NCBI RefSeq assembly: GCF_001194135.2
Contig: NC_068986.1
Span: forward strand, 1,698,601 to 1,738,155
Origin: Octopus bimaculoides
Taxonomy: Eukaryota
Reading direction: 5' to 3'
Length of the DNA stretch: 39,555 nucleotides
Shown here in pieces: positions 23,236-35,344 of the stretch (positions are counted from its first letter, which is position 1; every line of letters begins with the position of its first letter). Position numbers and translations under genes: made by a program. The notes under the pieces are model-generated. The model was not told the DNA's origin and ran no database searches. It saw only the letters and a program-made list of their open reading frames with translations.

Positions 23236-23414
23236 GGGAGAATATACAAATAATAACAACAGACGAGGACAGGTGGTGTAAATAACAAAAGGATATATTA
23301 GTATGACGCTCAGGAATACGGAAAGTCTTTGACGTTTCGAGCTACGCTCTTCAACAGAAAGAATACGGAGACAAGGAGAAAAACACGGAGAAAAAAAATG
23401 GAGAAAAAAAATTG
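23236..23414 (-). mobile_element. Short hammerhead-bearing element (Penelope-like/retrozyme-like) in (TA)n
   Basis: ~180-bp unit with (TA)n on both sides, containing the hammerhead motif at 23326-23362. Confidence 0.55.
23326..23362 (-). ncRNA. Minimal type I hammerhead ribozyme-like motif (A6U variant, palindromic helix III)
   Basis: UCUUU-CUGUUGA-A-GAG(CGUAG)CUC-GAA-ACGU-C-AAAGA: helix I 5 bp, helix II 3 bp, GUC cleavage triplet. Confidence 0.55.
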
Positions 23415-23811
23415 ATATATATATATATATACACGTCCAATCGTACATACACACACTTATGCATACATATATGCAAACATACGTACACACATGCATACAC
23501 ACACATACACTCCCACCCCCACAAACATGCATATATATACATGTATACATGCATGCATGCATGTATGTATGCATTCATACATACATACAAACATGCACAC
23601 ATACACATATACATGCATACACACATACATACATACACACATACATAAAGCAATGGATTAACCTTTTTGATGCCAAACTGCCTGAAAACTTTCCATCATT
23701 CCAAATATCGGATAAATAATCCTTTCTACTATAGGCACAACTACTATTGTACAAAGGATCATCATCACCATCATCACCATCACCATCACCATCACCATCA
23801 CCATCATCATC

Positions 23812-23885
23812 AAGGTAGCGAGCTGGCAGAATAGTGAGCATGCTGGGTGTTCTATCCTTACATTTGTTCCAGTCTTTTCGAGCTG
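23812..23885 (+). mobile_element. Nin/Deu-like SINE head fragment
   Basis: GGTAGCGAGCTGGCAGAATAGTGAGCATGCTGGG. Confidence 0.6.
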
Positions 23886-24231
23886 TGTCAGTAGTTGGGT
23901 CCTGATACTTCCAAACACGCCGATCACTATTGGCATCATCACCTCTTCTCTCTCCATTGCCCACAACCTGTGTATTTCTCATTCCAATTCATCATAGTTG
24001 TTCCCTTCTTCTTCTTCTTCTTCATCTTCAATCCTGTTGTCACCAGGACATGCTTTGTCAATTATCAGGCATGTTTTTTTTTTTCCCCCCCTTTTCTGTT
24101 CACCACAACATCAAGTTTTCAGATATTTAATCTGATGGTCACACCAAATCCTTACATCCCACAGGATTTTGTAATCCTCATTCTCACTAAAACATCATCA
24201 TCATCATCATCATATTAACGCATAGGATTAC

Positions 24232-24470
24232 TGAGAAGGTGGGCAGGCAGAGGCGTTAGAGATGCTGGATTTCTTCTGGTTCTTTATACTCCAAGTTCAA
24301 ACCCAAATGCAACCAATGTTGCTCTTCATCCCTTTAGAGTTGATAAAACAAGGTACCAGTCATATACTAGAGTCAATGGCATCAACTAAACCCCTTTCTA
24401 ATATAATCTTTTAAGATGGTTGGGTATAATTTGAAGGAGATCAGCAACTGTTTCTAACGGATCAAGTATT
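24232..24470 (+). mobile_element. Degenerate Nin/Deu-like SINE
   Basis: GGCAGAGGCGTTAG...CAAGTTCAAACCC...TTCATCCCTTTAGAGTTGATAAAACAAGGTACCAG. Confidence 0.6.
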
Positions 24471-24941
24471 TATATAGAGAACCAGTCATATGTGTGTGGT
24501 GGTGGTGGTGGTGGTGGTGGTCGGATGGATGTAGTTTAATTCTTGGGAGAAGAAAGGAAAAACAAGGAACAATTTGATTTGCAATTCAGTGCTTTAAGTA
24601 ACTCAATATTTGACAAATGGAAGAAAATTCTGAGCATTGTTTCAATTTATCCCTGGATGGAACAGTGCCATCAGCCCAGGTGCTATATTTCTAAATACCC
24701 AATTAGTTTAATGTAAACACCTCGCTATGTAAATAGCGAAGAAAGGAACTTAATGTAAATAGTGACACTGATATCAATATACACACATGCACATACACAT
24801 ACATTGTATACACATGTTCCTAGGTCCTGTGAAAGTACCCGGATATAGTTTAGTAAATAAGTACCCTTGCAGATCAATACATGCATACATGCACCTACTT
24901 GATAAATTTTTATAAAAGACTTTATCCTATTATTGAATTAC

Positions 24942-24982
<41 letters not shown>

Positions 24983-25108
24983 TATAATTACAATACAATA
25001 ATATTTTTCAGCGAAATACATTCAGTGAAGCTCTACCCAGCGTCAAACGGTTATCGACTGCTCTTTCCAGCAAAAATTGGTACCTTGCTGTACCACTTTT
25101 TCCTATTC

Positions 25109-25192
<84 letters not shown>

Positions 25193-25254
25193 ATATATAT
25201 TTATATATATGTGTGTGTATGTGTGTGTGTGTGTGTAAAAAACGTCCATGCACT

Positions 25255-25440
25255 CCCTCTTAAAAGCACTCAATACACTGTAAAGTGGTTGGTGTTAGGA
25301 AGAGCATCCAGCCATAGAAACTATGCCAAAGCAGACTGGAGTTTGGTGCAGCTTCCCAACTTCTCAGCTCTGGTCACACTCTCTGACCCATGCCAGCATG
25401 GACAATGGATGGTAAATGATAATGATGATGATATGTGTAT
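25255..25440 (+). mobile_element. Retroposon 3' end with RTE-like tail
   Basis: CACTGTAAAGTGGTTGGTGTTAGGAAGAGCATCCAGCC...CCATGCCAGCATGGAC...(GAT)n. Confidence 0.75.
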
Positions 25441-25689
25441 GTGTGTATACACACACACACATACATACATACATATATATATATACATACATACATACAT
25501 TCACACATTTACATACATATGCATGTAAATTTAAAGGAACATCGATATTGAACAAAGCAAACATCATCAGAAACTCTCCCCTTTCCTTGTTGAGTGCAAA
25601 ACTTCAGTCTCCCCCCCCCCACCCGCCACTGTTAATACTGACATGATGAAAGATTGTAGAAATCCTAGAGGGGACAGGAGTCAATATGT

Positions 25690-25960
25690 GCCAAGCATAA
25701 AAGGTAAGATGGAGGAGAATCTCAGTCAGATAACACATAAAAAAAACGAACAGGGCAATAAATTCTTCTTGGTGAGCAACAGTGTCGTAGTTAGTGGAGG
25801 TATAGTATTGCTGATAGAGATATGGATAAAAAAAATGAGGCAGTCAGAGTATGTCACAGAACAATTAAAGACAGGTTAGTTATATGAAAGTTACCGAAAG
25901 AGTTATGGTACAACTTATTATGCCAGGTCACTTGTGAGCTTTAGAATACAACAGGTAAAA
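25690..25960 (+). pseudogene. Decayed RTE-type apurinic endonuclease (ORF2 N-terminal) fragment
   Basis: GNKFFLVSNSVVVSGGIVLLIEIWIKKM resembles the RTE APE segment YKFFW.GN..GVGGVG.L..EKW..KV; followed by stops. Confidence 0.5.
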
Positions 25961-26289
25961 TAACTTCCAGGACAACCTGTTGGACAGTCAGGTCATCTCA
26001 AGCTAAATTGGCAGTGCTACCAAGCTTACTTTGCCAAGGAGGGTCTCAGGATAATAAATGCTTATCCATTAATGTGTACATCCATATGTGTATGTGTGGA
26101 GTGTGTAGAGTGTGTGTGTGTGTGTGTGTATGGTGTGTGTATGTGTGTATGGCGTGTGTGTGTGTGCGTGCACGCGCAACCTATTGGTAAGTCTGAGGCT
26201 ACAGTAGAAGATATTTGGCTAAATTCTCTATATACCCTCTTCGTCATTGTTTTTTGCATGCACTCTTCCATGCTTGGAATAGGTGAAAG

Positions 26290-26430
26290 GAAAGAAGAAT
26301 TGACCCCACAGTACTGGATTGATGTTTTATATATCAAAACTGAAAGGAAGGAAATTAAACTTCACCACAGCGGGATTTGAACTCAGAACACAGGGAGCTG
26401 AAAGAAATACTGCAAATCATTCTATGACCC
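26290..26430 (-). mobile_element. Nin/Deu-like SINE fragment
   Basis: GACCCCACAGTACTGGATTGATG...AAAGGAAGGAAATTAAACTTCACCACAGCGGGATTTGAACTCAGAAC. Confidence 0.65.
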
Positions 26431-27049
26431 TCAGCAATTGGGCGTTTCTTTAACATCTGTTTTCCCATGCTTGTATAGCTGATACGGATGGTTATTTTGA
26501 AGCAGGATTTTACAATTGGATATGACCCTTCCCTGTTTTCAAATACGGCATTGTTCATTCCAGAGGTTTTTGAAAAGAGAGCAACTGATCATAATGTCAC
26601 CATGAGATGGCTAAAGTGACACCAAAGTCAAATATCAACATTTACACATATTCTTGAACACACACATACACATGATGTACTTCCACAGTTTCCATCTACC
26701 TAATTTCACGTGAACAGCATTAGTTGGTTTGCCCAAAGTACCACACAATAGAACCAATTCCAAAACTATGTGGTCGAAAGGTGAAATTCTTAACCACACA
26801 ATCATGCTTGCATCTTAAATCTGCATATAAAATATATTCTAATCAGGACAACATTTATATCAAATATATTCTGGATGATCACATTTTAAAATGATGATTA
26901 TAAATAAACTAGAGTAGAAGTGAATGTTATTAGAAGAGATACGAAAACTTGCTTTTCTTCTTTTTTTGCTATGTGAATTTGAGTGCAAGTAAGTAAATGA
27001 ATGAATGAATGAATGAAAGTGAGTGAAAGAAAGAAAGAAATATATATGC

Positions 27050-27108
<59 letters not shown>

Positions 27109-27426
27109 TGACAAAAGGAAAATCCAATAGAGAAATATCATGAACCAATCCCTTGATGAAAAGAATATTCAGGCTAAATCTGGTAATGGAGGATGATTTC
27201 AAATAATACACACAGGCAACTCAAAGAGAGAGAGAGAGGGAGAGTGGGTGGAAACAGAGAAAGAAGGGGAGAAAGGAACAGGGGGAGAGTGGGGAGAGAG
27301 GAAGTATGGTGCATTTAAATCATTCATTTATAAACACAGGCATTTAAAGATGTTCGTACACACAATAGACTCATAGATGCATCTAAAACACAAACACCCA
27401 TACATTTATTGACTCACAGAATATAC

Positions 27427-27499
<73 letters not shown>

Positions 27500-27500
<1 letters not shown>

Positions 27501-27688
27501 GAGTCTAGGACATTTCCCTCCCATGGACAATAACCCCGCCAAAGACAGTTACCCCTGAGGGCAACAGATGATTATTTAAAACTTCTTAACGTATTGGAGA
27601 AGGGGTAATTAACCAAGAGGGGTGATTGTCCTAGGGGGTAGTTGTTGTCGGGGGGAATTATCCTATGGAAGCTAATTGTCCTGATACG
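27500..27688. mobile_element. MITE-like element with repeated GGACAAT..CCCC subterminal modules, in (TA)n
   Basis: Left half GGACA(A/T)T...CCCC units, right half complementary GGGG...TTGTCC units; ends CGAGTCTAGGACA / TGTCCTGATACG. Confidence 0.65.
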
Positions 27689-28115
27689 ATATATATATAT
27701 AAGAATGAGATGAATGAGCATCATTCAAACTTGAATAAAATGAATATGTATATGTGATGTTATATGTGTGTGCTTTAAAAATAATCTGCACAGACATGAA
27801 ATCAAATAACAAGGATTGAAGAGCGACATAAAATGATGCGTCCATTTAAAGAGCCACGACTTGAAAGAAAGTGAAGACAGAGATGTAAAGGTTAAGTGAA
27901 TTTCTGAGGAATAAAACAGCTTCAGACAGAGTCACGGCCAGAAAATAAGTTATGACATAAAATGATATGAACTGAGAAGAAAGGAGTAAAATAGATACAT
28001 AGGGATATATATATGTATGTCCATACATATATATATTATGGAGAGAAATAAATCAGGAGAGACACAAATAGATGGAGTGAGAAAGAATGAAAATTATAGA
28101 GAAGGAAAATGAATG

Positions 28116-28165
<50 letters not shown>

Positions 28166-28361
28166 TGTATGTAACTAAGGAGATAGAAAAAGAAGAAAGG
28201 AAATGTGTATGAGTGTGTGTATGTATATGTATGTGTACATATATGTTTAGAAAAGCAAATAAGAAAAAGAGTACTCAATTTACATAATAGAGTTCATTTA
28301 TATAAAGCTAATGAAATAAATATATATTATGTATGTAATATATATACATTATATTCATTTT

Positions 28362-28563
28362 ATTCTTTTACTTGTTTCAGTCATTTGACTGCGGCCATGC
28401 TGGAGCACCGCCTTTAGTCAAGCAAATCGACCCCGGGACTTATTCTTTGTAAGCCTAGTACTTATTCTATCGGTCTCTTTTGCCGAACCGCTAAGTGACG
28501 GGGATATAAACACACCAGCATCGTTTGTCAAGCAATGCTAGGGGGACAAACACAGACACACAA

Positions 28564-28595
<32 letters not shown>

Positions 28596-28762
28596 NNNNN
28601 NNNNNATATATATACATACATATATACGACGGGCTTCTTCCAGTTTCCGTCTACCAAATCCACTCACAAGGCTTTGGTCGGCCCAAGGCTATAGTAGAAG
28701 ACACTTGCCCAAGGTGCCACGCAGTGGGACTGAACCCGGAACCATGTGATTGGTAAGCAGGT
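28362..28762 (-). mobile_element. Young CORE-like SINE lacking its extreme 5' end
   Basis: CpG-rich copy: TGACTGCGGCCATGCTGGAGCACCGCC...ACGACGGGCTTCTTCCAGTTTCCG...GAACCCGGAACCATGTG. Confidence 0.92.
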
Positions 28763-29701
28763 TATATATATATATATATATATCGTTTGTAGAAAATATA
28801 AATCTGAAAGAAGCACACTCTAAGATGTAGAGAAGTATAGATTAAAATTGGGGAAGGCCAGCTTTATGGCACATCGTCAGACCCCGAAAACCTGTTGGCC
28901 CATGACCTCTCAAGAGAGGTGTTAACATGTATCTCCTTGTGACAATGTAAACTTCCATTTAATCAAGATATCCTTGGCCTGAAGACTACTTGGATATTTA
29001 CCACTTCTGAGGTTCCGCTCGCTATGAAACTTATGTAGCCCGGATCTTATCTACTCCATTCTGTAATTCTTATACCGCTGCCACCACCACCATCATCATC
29101 ATTTATCATATGTTGTCCATGCTGACAGGGATTGGATAGTTTGACCAAAGCTGCTAAACACACACACACACACGTGTATGTATGTATGTAATAGGCATGA
29201 TAAAAGCAAGAGAAAGAATTTGGATAGAATAAAAAAAAATGAATAAATAAAAAGTTCAAAAACAGGAGAAATTTGGTGGAGAAGCAAAGAAAGAGAGCAA
29301 GGAAGAAGATTATGTATATACACACACACACGTGCATAGAAATATATGTAAATACAGCCATAGAGAAATATCTGTGAATGAATATTTACGAAATGACTAC
29401 TGGACCGAATAGAAAAATGGACAGCAATGTGAGAAAATGCAGAGAATTGGTTGGTTTCCATTGAAGTAAGAACATTTTTCAGACTTGCTAGCAGTTTCCA
29501 GCAACACAAAAACTAACAATTTCTAAAGCTTTTTGTTCACAAATCTCTGGAAAAGCAATGGTACCATTTTGCTTTGTAAAAACAAATTTTTCCAGGAGAC
29601 ATCTATTTCATGACCCTTTAATTATATGTATTCAGTGTTTTGGCCATCAATGTAAATGGGGAGATAAGCACAGCTAATACAAGTGGGATTCTTGTTATTA
29701 A

Positions 29702-29924
29702 TCATGGTTTTGTAGATGATGATGATGATGACGATGACGATGATGATGATGACGACGGTGATGAGTTCACTTTTACACTGATATCATTTGTTACTGATGA
29801 CATCATTTTTGGGGAACTCACATTTGATACTTTTACTGTTTGTTGTTGTTCAACCCCGGGTAAACACAATTTGAGTGGATATATGATCAAAAATGTTCCA
29901 GCAATGAATAACAACCCCATCTTT
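29702..29924 (-). CDS. Candidate terminal exon: hydrophobic segment plus Ser-rich tail, product unknown
   Basis: TTCAG acceptor (AG at 29925-29926); KMGLLFIAGTFLIIYPLKLCLPGVEQQQTVKVSNVSSPKMMSSVTNDISVKVNSSP(S)nTKP*; followed by non-repetitive UTR-like sequence. No partner exon found. Confidence 0.38.
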
Positions 29925-31349
29925 CTGAATGCATATCAATCACTATATTTCATATTATGTTAAGTAGTGTATCTGTCTTCATTTACGGCCCTGTGATGTT
30001 ATTTGCAATGTGAGGGAATCTGGCTGCTATTTTGAGCAGATTGAGCAACCATGCAGAGGGTCTCTTACAGTCAATGTTGTTGTTGTTATTACTAGTGACG
30101 TAGTTTCTCTCATCCATGTCTGCATGAGTTAGACCATAATACAAGGATAGCTAATGATATGAAATAATTAATATTGTGTTTCCATCAGAAGTTCTTTGGC
30201 CTTATTGAGGACGCACATCATTCAAAGACTTGGAATTTAAGGCATTTGATCCATTTTGTGTGTACAACCATGCATAATGTTGCTGTGAAGAATGTTTTGG
30301 GTTCCAACCAAATTTTATTGGAGATAAAATGGCTTTGCCAACACATTACTACAATAGGTTATGTACACAACAGGGCATCCTTTGACCTTCTACACGTAAC
30401 CTGTAGCAATGTATATAATAGGTAAAACTCCTGAATGAGTGGATCATGTGACTCAGATGTTCTTTACTGCAAGAAATCTTTATATTTAGTGCACAAAAAT
30501 ATTCTAAGGATAATTTGAATCATAATAATACATAAATTATCTTTACAACTTCTACAATTTATTGTATCGACTAAACTTGATATCACTTAATCAGCTTCTT
30601 TGCAACCAATGGAGCCCATGTGGAAGCGTTCCGATGTTTCTAATAAAATCTTATTTATTTGTTTATGCTTTGCCAGTAAACACTTCTGAATTAACCTTAT
30701 TTTCCATTTTTTTTTTCCTGAATTTTTTTCAAATTGTAATGGTAATTTATGGATACTGTATATTTGTTGATTATTTGCTGTTTAACACATTATGTTACCC
30801 TTCAAATCAAATATTCTGTCATGTCAGCATTAATATATTTACTCCTGCCTCTTTCAGCAATTACCAACTCTCTTCATGCTCAAGTGAATCACACAAAGAA
30901 GGACTATTCTTGCATGCATACAGAGATCCTAGATTGCCTCCAAAGTAAAGAAGACCACATGACTGATAAACATGAAATCTCTCAATGCCTCAGTGGTTTA
31001 GAAACTGATTAATACCAGTTGCACTCCACTACCAAAGCATTATGGAAATTTTTCTGTCCTATTTCTTTATTAACAAGAACAAAAAATAACAGAGCATCCA
31101 TCTGTACAATTCTTCTTGCTATGGTGTTCAACAATCAACTTAATTTTATTAAACATATCAGTTTGTCTGCCTCTTTTCCCAGTGTTCACTAGCAACCTCA
31201 CCCCATGCAGTCTCTCTTCTCTCTCTTCCTTTTCTACCACTACTACAACAGCCTCTGCTCATAAGAGATGGATGGCTCATGCACCCCCAGTTCACACATT
31301 TCCTTTATCAGATTTCTCTTTAAACTTTTTCTTAATTATAATTCTGATA

Positions 31350-31393
<44 letters not shown>

Positions 31394-31574
31394 NNNNNNN
31401 NNNNNNNNNNNNNNNNNNNNNNNNNNNNNNNNNNNNNNNNNNNNNNNNNNNNNNNNNNNNNNNNNNNNNNNNNNNNNNNNNNNNNNNNNNNNNNNNNNNN
31501 NNNNNNNNNNNNNNNNNNNNNNNNNNNNNNNNNNNNNNNNNNNNNNNNNNNNNNNNNNNNNNNNNNNNNNNNNT

Positions 31575-31770
31575 ATGGCTGGATGCCCCCCCCCCCAATA
31601 CTGTTAAGTGGTTGGCGTTAGGATGGCCATCTAGCTGTAGAAACCATGCCACAACAGACAGTTGGAGTCTGGATAGCTCCTTGCTAGCCAGCTCCATATC
31701 AAACCATCCAACTCATGTCAGCATGGAAAGCAGATGTTAAATGATGATGATGATGATGATGATGATGAGA
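31575..31770 (+). mobile_element. Retroposon 3' end with RTE-like tail
   Basis: GTGGTTGGCGTTAGGATGGCCATCTAGCTGTAGAAACC...CAGCATGGAAAGCAGATGTTAAA(TGA)n. Confidence 0.75.
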
Positions 31771-31923
31771 GGAGGTACTACCAGATTAGTTAAATCCATG
31801 TATTGCGCATTAAATTGATATATATGCATGTATGTATATATATATATATATATATATAAACAATATATGAGTATATGCATATATATGTACATGTATGTAC
31901 ATACCTTCATCTACATGCATATA

Positions 31924-32017
31924 TAGATACATATCTGGGTACATGACGTTGCAAAAAAACATGGANNNNNNNNNNTAGATACATATCTGGGTACATGACG
32001 TTGCAAAAAAACATGGA
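31924..32017. other. 42-bp exact duplication flanking a 10-N gap (probable assembly artefact)
   Basis: 31924-31965 = 31976-32017. Confidence 0.85.
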
Positions 32018-32420
32018 CAAAATGATAAACAAGGTACAAAAAACAAGCAGGCCACAAAGAGAACATATCCTTCATCAGCTGCCACCATTAAAACACCGGC
32101 GTTTCGAAGAGTTAGGGCAGGACGCATCGTTAAAATATATATATATATACATGTGTGTGTGTATATATAAATCAAAGGTAGGATAGAAAGAATGCAACAA
32201 GCGGAAATTCAACAAAACACAACATGCGGAAAAATAGACGATAACATAACAAATGGAAAACAGAACAAAAACAAGGTACACAGATCATTTGCAGCCAATT
32301 TCCTCTTCAGTAAGTGTCCAGATAGTCCTTGAAGTTTCGCACTTTTTTATCTCTAAGACTGCTCGAATTCGGCAAGTGCCAGAGACTTAAGCTAAAAGCA
32401 TTAAGCCTCTGGAAAAAGCA
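31990..32420 (-). mobile_element. Two short A-rich repeat elements, each with GAAAC...CTGANGA boxes (possibly Penelope-like terminal segments)
   Basis: Minus-strand CGAAAC-22 nt-CTGATGAAGGA (32072-32105) and CGAAAC-23 nt-CTGAAGAGGA (32304-32338); (TA)n between the units. Confidence 0.35.
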
Positions 32421-32531
32421 AAGAAATGTATACAAGAATGAAAACAAGAATGGAAGCAAAAACAAGAAACCTAGAATTACACGCGTACAACAGACAAATG
32501 CCTTTCAGCTATACAACAGAAGGAAATACAT

Positions 32532-33592
32532 ATCATCATCATCATCATCATCGTTTAACGTCCGCTTTCCATGCTAGCATGGGTTGGATGATTTGACTGA
32601 GGACTGGTGCAACCGGATGGCTACACCAGGCTCCAATCTAATTTGGCAGAGTTTCTACAGCTGGATGCCCTTCCTAACGCCAACCACTGAGAGTGTAGTG
32701 GATGCTTTTACGTGTCACCCGCACAAAAACGGCCACGCTCGAAATGGTGTCTTTTATGTGCCACCCGCACAAGAGCCAGTCCAGGGGCACTGGCAACGAT
32801 CTCGCTCAAAAATCCTACGGGAGCCAGTCAGGCGGTACTGGCAACGGCCACGCTCAAAATGGTNNNNNNNNNNNNNNNNNNNNNNNNNNNNNNNNNNNNN
32901 NNNNNNNNNNNNNNNNNNNNNNNNNNNNNNNNNNNNNNNNNNNNNNNNNNNNNNNNNNNNNNNNNNNNNNNNNNNNNNNNNNNNNNNNNNNNNNNNNNNN
33001 NNNNNNNNNNNNNNNNNNNNNNNNNNNNNNNNNNNNNNNNNNNNNNNNNNNNNNNNNNNNNNNNNNNNNNNNNNNNNNNNNNNNNNNNNNNNNNNNNNNN
33101 NNNNNNNNNNNNNNNNNNNNNNNNNNNNNNNNNNNNNNNNNNNNNNNNNNNNNNNNNNNNNNNNNNNNNNNNNNNNNNNNNNNNNNNNNNNNNNNNNNNN
33201 NNNNNNNNNNNNNTTGCACACCACTACTGATGCTTCTAATGTTCAGCTTTTCTCTCAAGATACTTACACTCTGACGGGTATGCACATTTACATTACACAT
33301 CCAACGGAGCATACTGGCTTCATTCCTTGCGAGCTTACGTATGTCCTCAGCAGTTACAGCCCATGTTTCACTGCCATGTAGCATGGCTGTTCGTACACAT
33401 GCGTCATACAGTCTGCCTTTTACCCTGAGTCAGAGTCCCTTTGTCGCCAGCAGAGGTAAGAGCTCTCTAAACTTGGCCCAGGCTATTCTTATTCTAGCAG
33501 TTACACTTTCAGCGCACCCACCCCCACTACTAACTTGGTCACTCAGATAGCGGAAGCTATCGACTTCCTCTAGTTTTTCTCCCTGGAATGAG
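32532..33592 (-). mobile_element. 5'-truncated RTE-clade LINE (RT C-terminal region, 3' UTR, (GAT)n tail)
   Basis: 33592-33214 translates SFQGEKLEEVDSFRYLSDQVSSGGGCAESVTARIRIAWAKFRELLPLLATKGL*LRVKGRLYDACVRTAMLHGSETWAVTAEDIRKLARNEASMLRWMC..., typical of RTE ORF2; one stop at 33430-33432; internal gap. Confidence 0.93.
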
Positions 33593-34257
33593 ATAGCATG
33601 CATGCATGTGTATATGTGTGCGTGTATTTATATATGATTGTAACATATATATAATTCTTGCATCTATATATTTTGTGTCTGTTTCAATTAATTTTCAATA
33701 TAATCAAGATTTTTGAGGGATTTAGTATAATATCTTTAACTCTATATAATTAGGTCCGAATAAAATAAGACTACATTATTGCATTATCCAGAGTGCCCTA
33801 TTGTTATTCAAGGTAGATTTGGCTACGATATCTAGATTGAAAAATCATGTAGATGAATTCTTCCATGGCTACATTCATGCGGTTGTTAACCTCACTGCAG
33901 CAGCTAATTGTTCTTGAACTAGTATTTACTTAAGGAAGAAAAATCTAGAAATTCTATCCATTATGTCATTGTAGGTCTCCAAATCATATTTGAAAAGTCT
34001 GATACTATCTATTTAGGTTTTGGTTAATATAATAATTGATTGATTCAGTTCAAAATGTCTTAGTAAGATCTAATAACAGAACTAGAAGGGAAAGCAGCTG
34101 CAAGACTAATAGGACGGATTAACAGTAGTCTGAAGATCACAATATCAGACAGAAACTCGTAATAACCTCTGACAAACTAAATTGATTTATATGCATATCC
34201 ACATATCTAAATACAAATACATACATGCATAGGTATCTATATATTAGCAAGGCATAG

Positions 34258-34430
34258 TCAACATTGTTTAAGTATCTACTTTTCCATGCTTGCATAGGTC
34301 AGACAGATTTTATTGATGCAAATTTTCTATAGCTGGATACTCTTCCTGTCACCAACCCTCACTCCTTTCCAAGTAAGTTAATATTTTCCCATGGCTAGAC
34401 ACGTTTTTGCAGAATATTAGAAATGATTGA
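34258..34430 (-). mobile_element. Degenerate retroposon 3' end with RTE-like tail
   Basis: GTTTAAGTATCTACTTTTCCATGCTTGCATAGGTCAGAC...TCTATAGCTGGATACTCTTCCTGTCACCAACC. Confidence 0.6.
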
Positions 34431-34514
34431 TATTCATTTACCAAAATCCTATAATGTCAAGACAAAGAGATACAAAAATACACACACTCACATGCACACA
34501 CATATACATATACA

Positions 34515-34897
34515 TACATGGTCTGATCACTAAGTATTTGGACTGTTGCCATAGTAATGAAGCTAAAGCAAGTGAAGTGAAGCCGCTTGGCACAGATTAA
34601 CCTTGAACTCTGCTGTGCGTGCACACTAAGTTTTAACATTCTAGCTTACTCTGCTGTTTACAGCAGAGCTTTGAAGGAAGGTGTGTAGCGTGATCCTGAG
34701 TGAATCATAGAAGGCCCTTGGTTCACTTGTGGAAAACAACTGCAAGGCCAGATTCAAAAAGAGGCAGGAATGTTGGTTACCAGTGTATTGTTGTGCAAGG
34801 TGACTATTTCAAAGGAGATGATGTTAAAACTGAGATAAATAAGTTATTTTTATTAAACATAACTAGTCCTGGAAATTGTTGGTACCACCTTTGTATA
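34515..34897 (+). mobile_element. Internally deleted mariner transposon
   Basis: TA-flanked imperfect TIRs (TACATGGTCTGATCACTAAGTATTTGGACT / reverse complement TACAAAGGTGGTACCAACAATTTCCAGGACT); CIVVQGDYFKGD matches the mariner transposase C-terminal C...QG.YFE motif. Confidence 0.75.
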
Positions 34898-35344
34898 GTC
34901 TGTATGTTTTGTAGAATGATATATTAAGGAGCCCTTTTTATGAGTACCTCCAGATTACTTGAATCCATATATAGTGACTTAAATCTATATATATATATAT
35001 ATATATATAGAAGTGAGGACCAAAATCCTTCAAAGGGATGACAAACATCCAAGTCCGTCTGGGCTATGAAAGGTCTTTGTATAATTTTTGTTGGTCATTA
35101 TTATTCAAACCAGTATGTAATACCTGACAAAGAATCTAATTTTTATTTCATGAGGATTTTTTTGCTTTTGTCTTTGGAATTAAGAATTAGATTCCAAAAC
35201 AATTTGTAGAATGGATACTGGTTCTGTAACAACTTGGATTAAGTTTGTCTACCCTTACAATTTTTCATTTCCTTATACTTCATATATATATAGAATTATA
35301 CTGATACAGGCTTTATTAGCATGACATATATCATATAGATATAT

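Noticed and set aside
30174-31012. ORFs of 83-128 aa in unique AT-rich DNA, including minus-strand GLLYFGGNLGSLYAC
   Set aside because: No recognisable domain or consistent splice structure.
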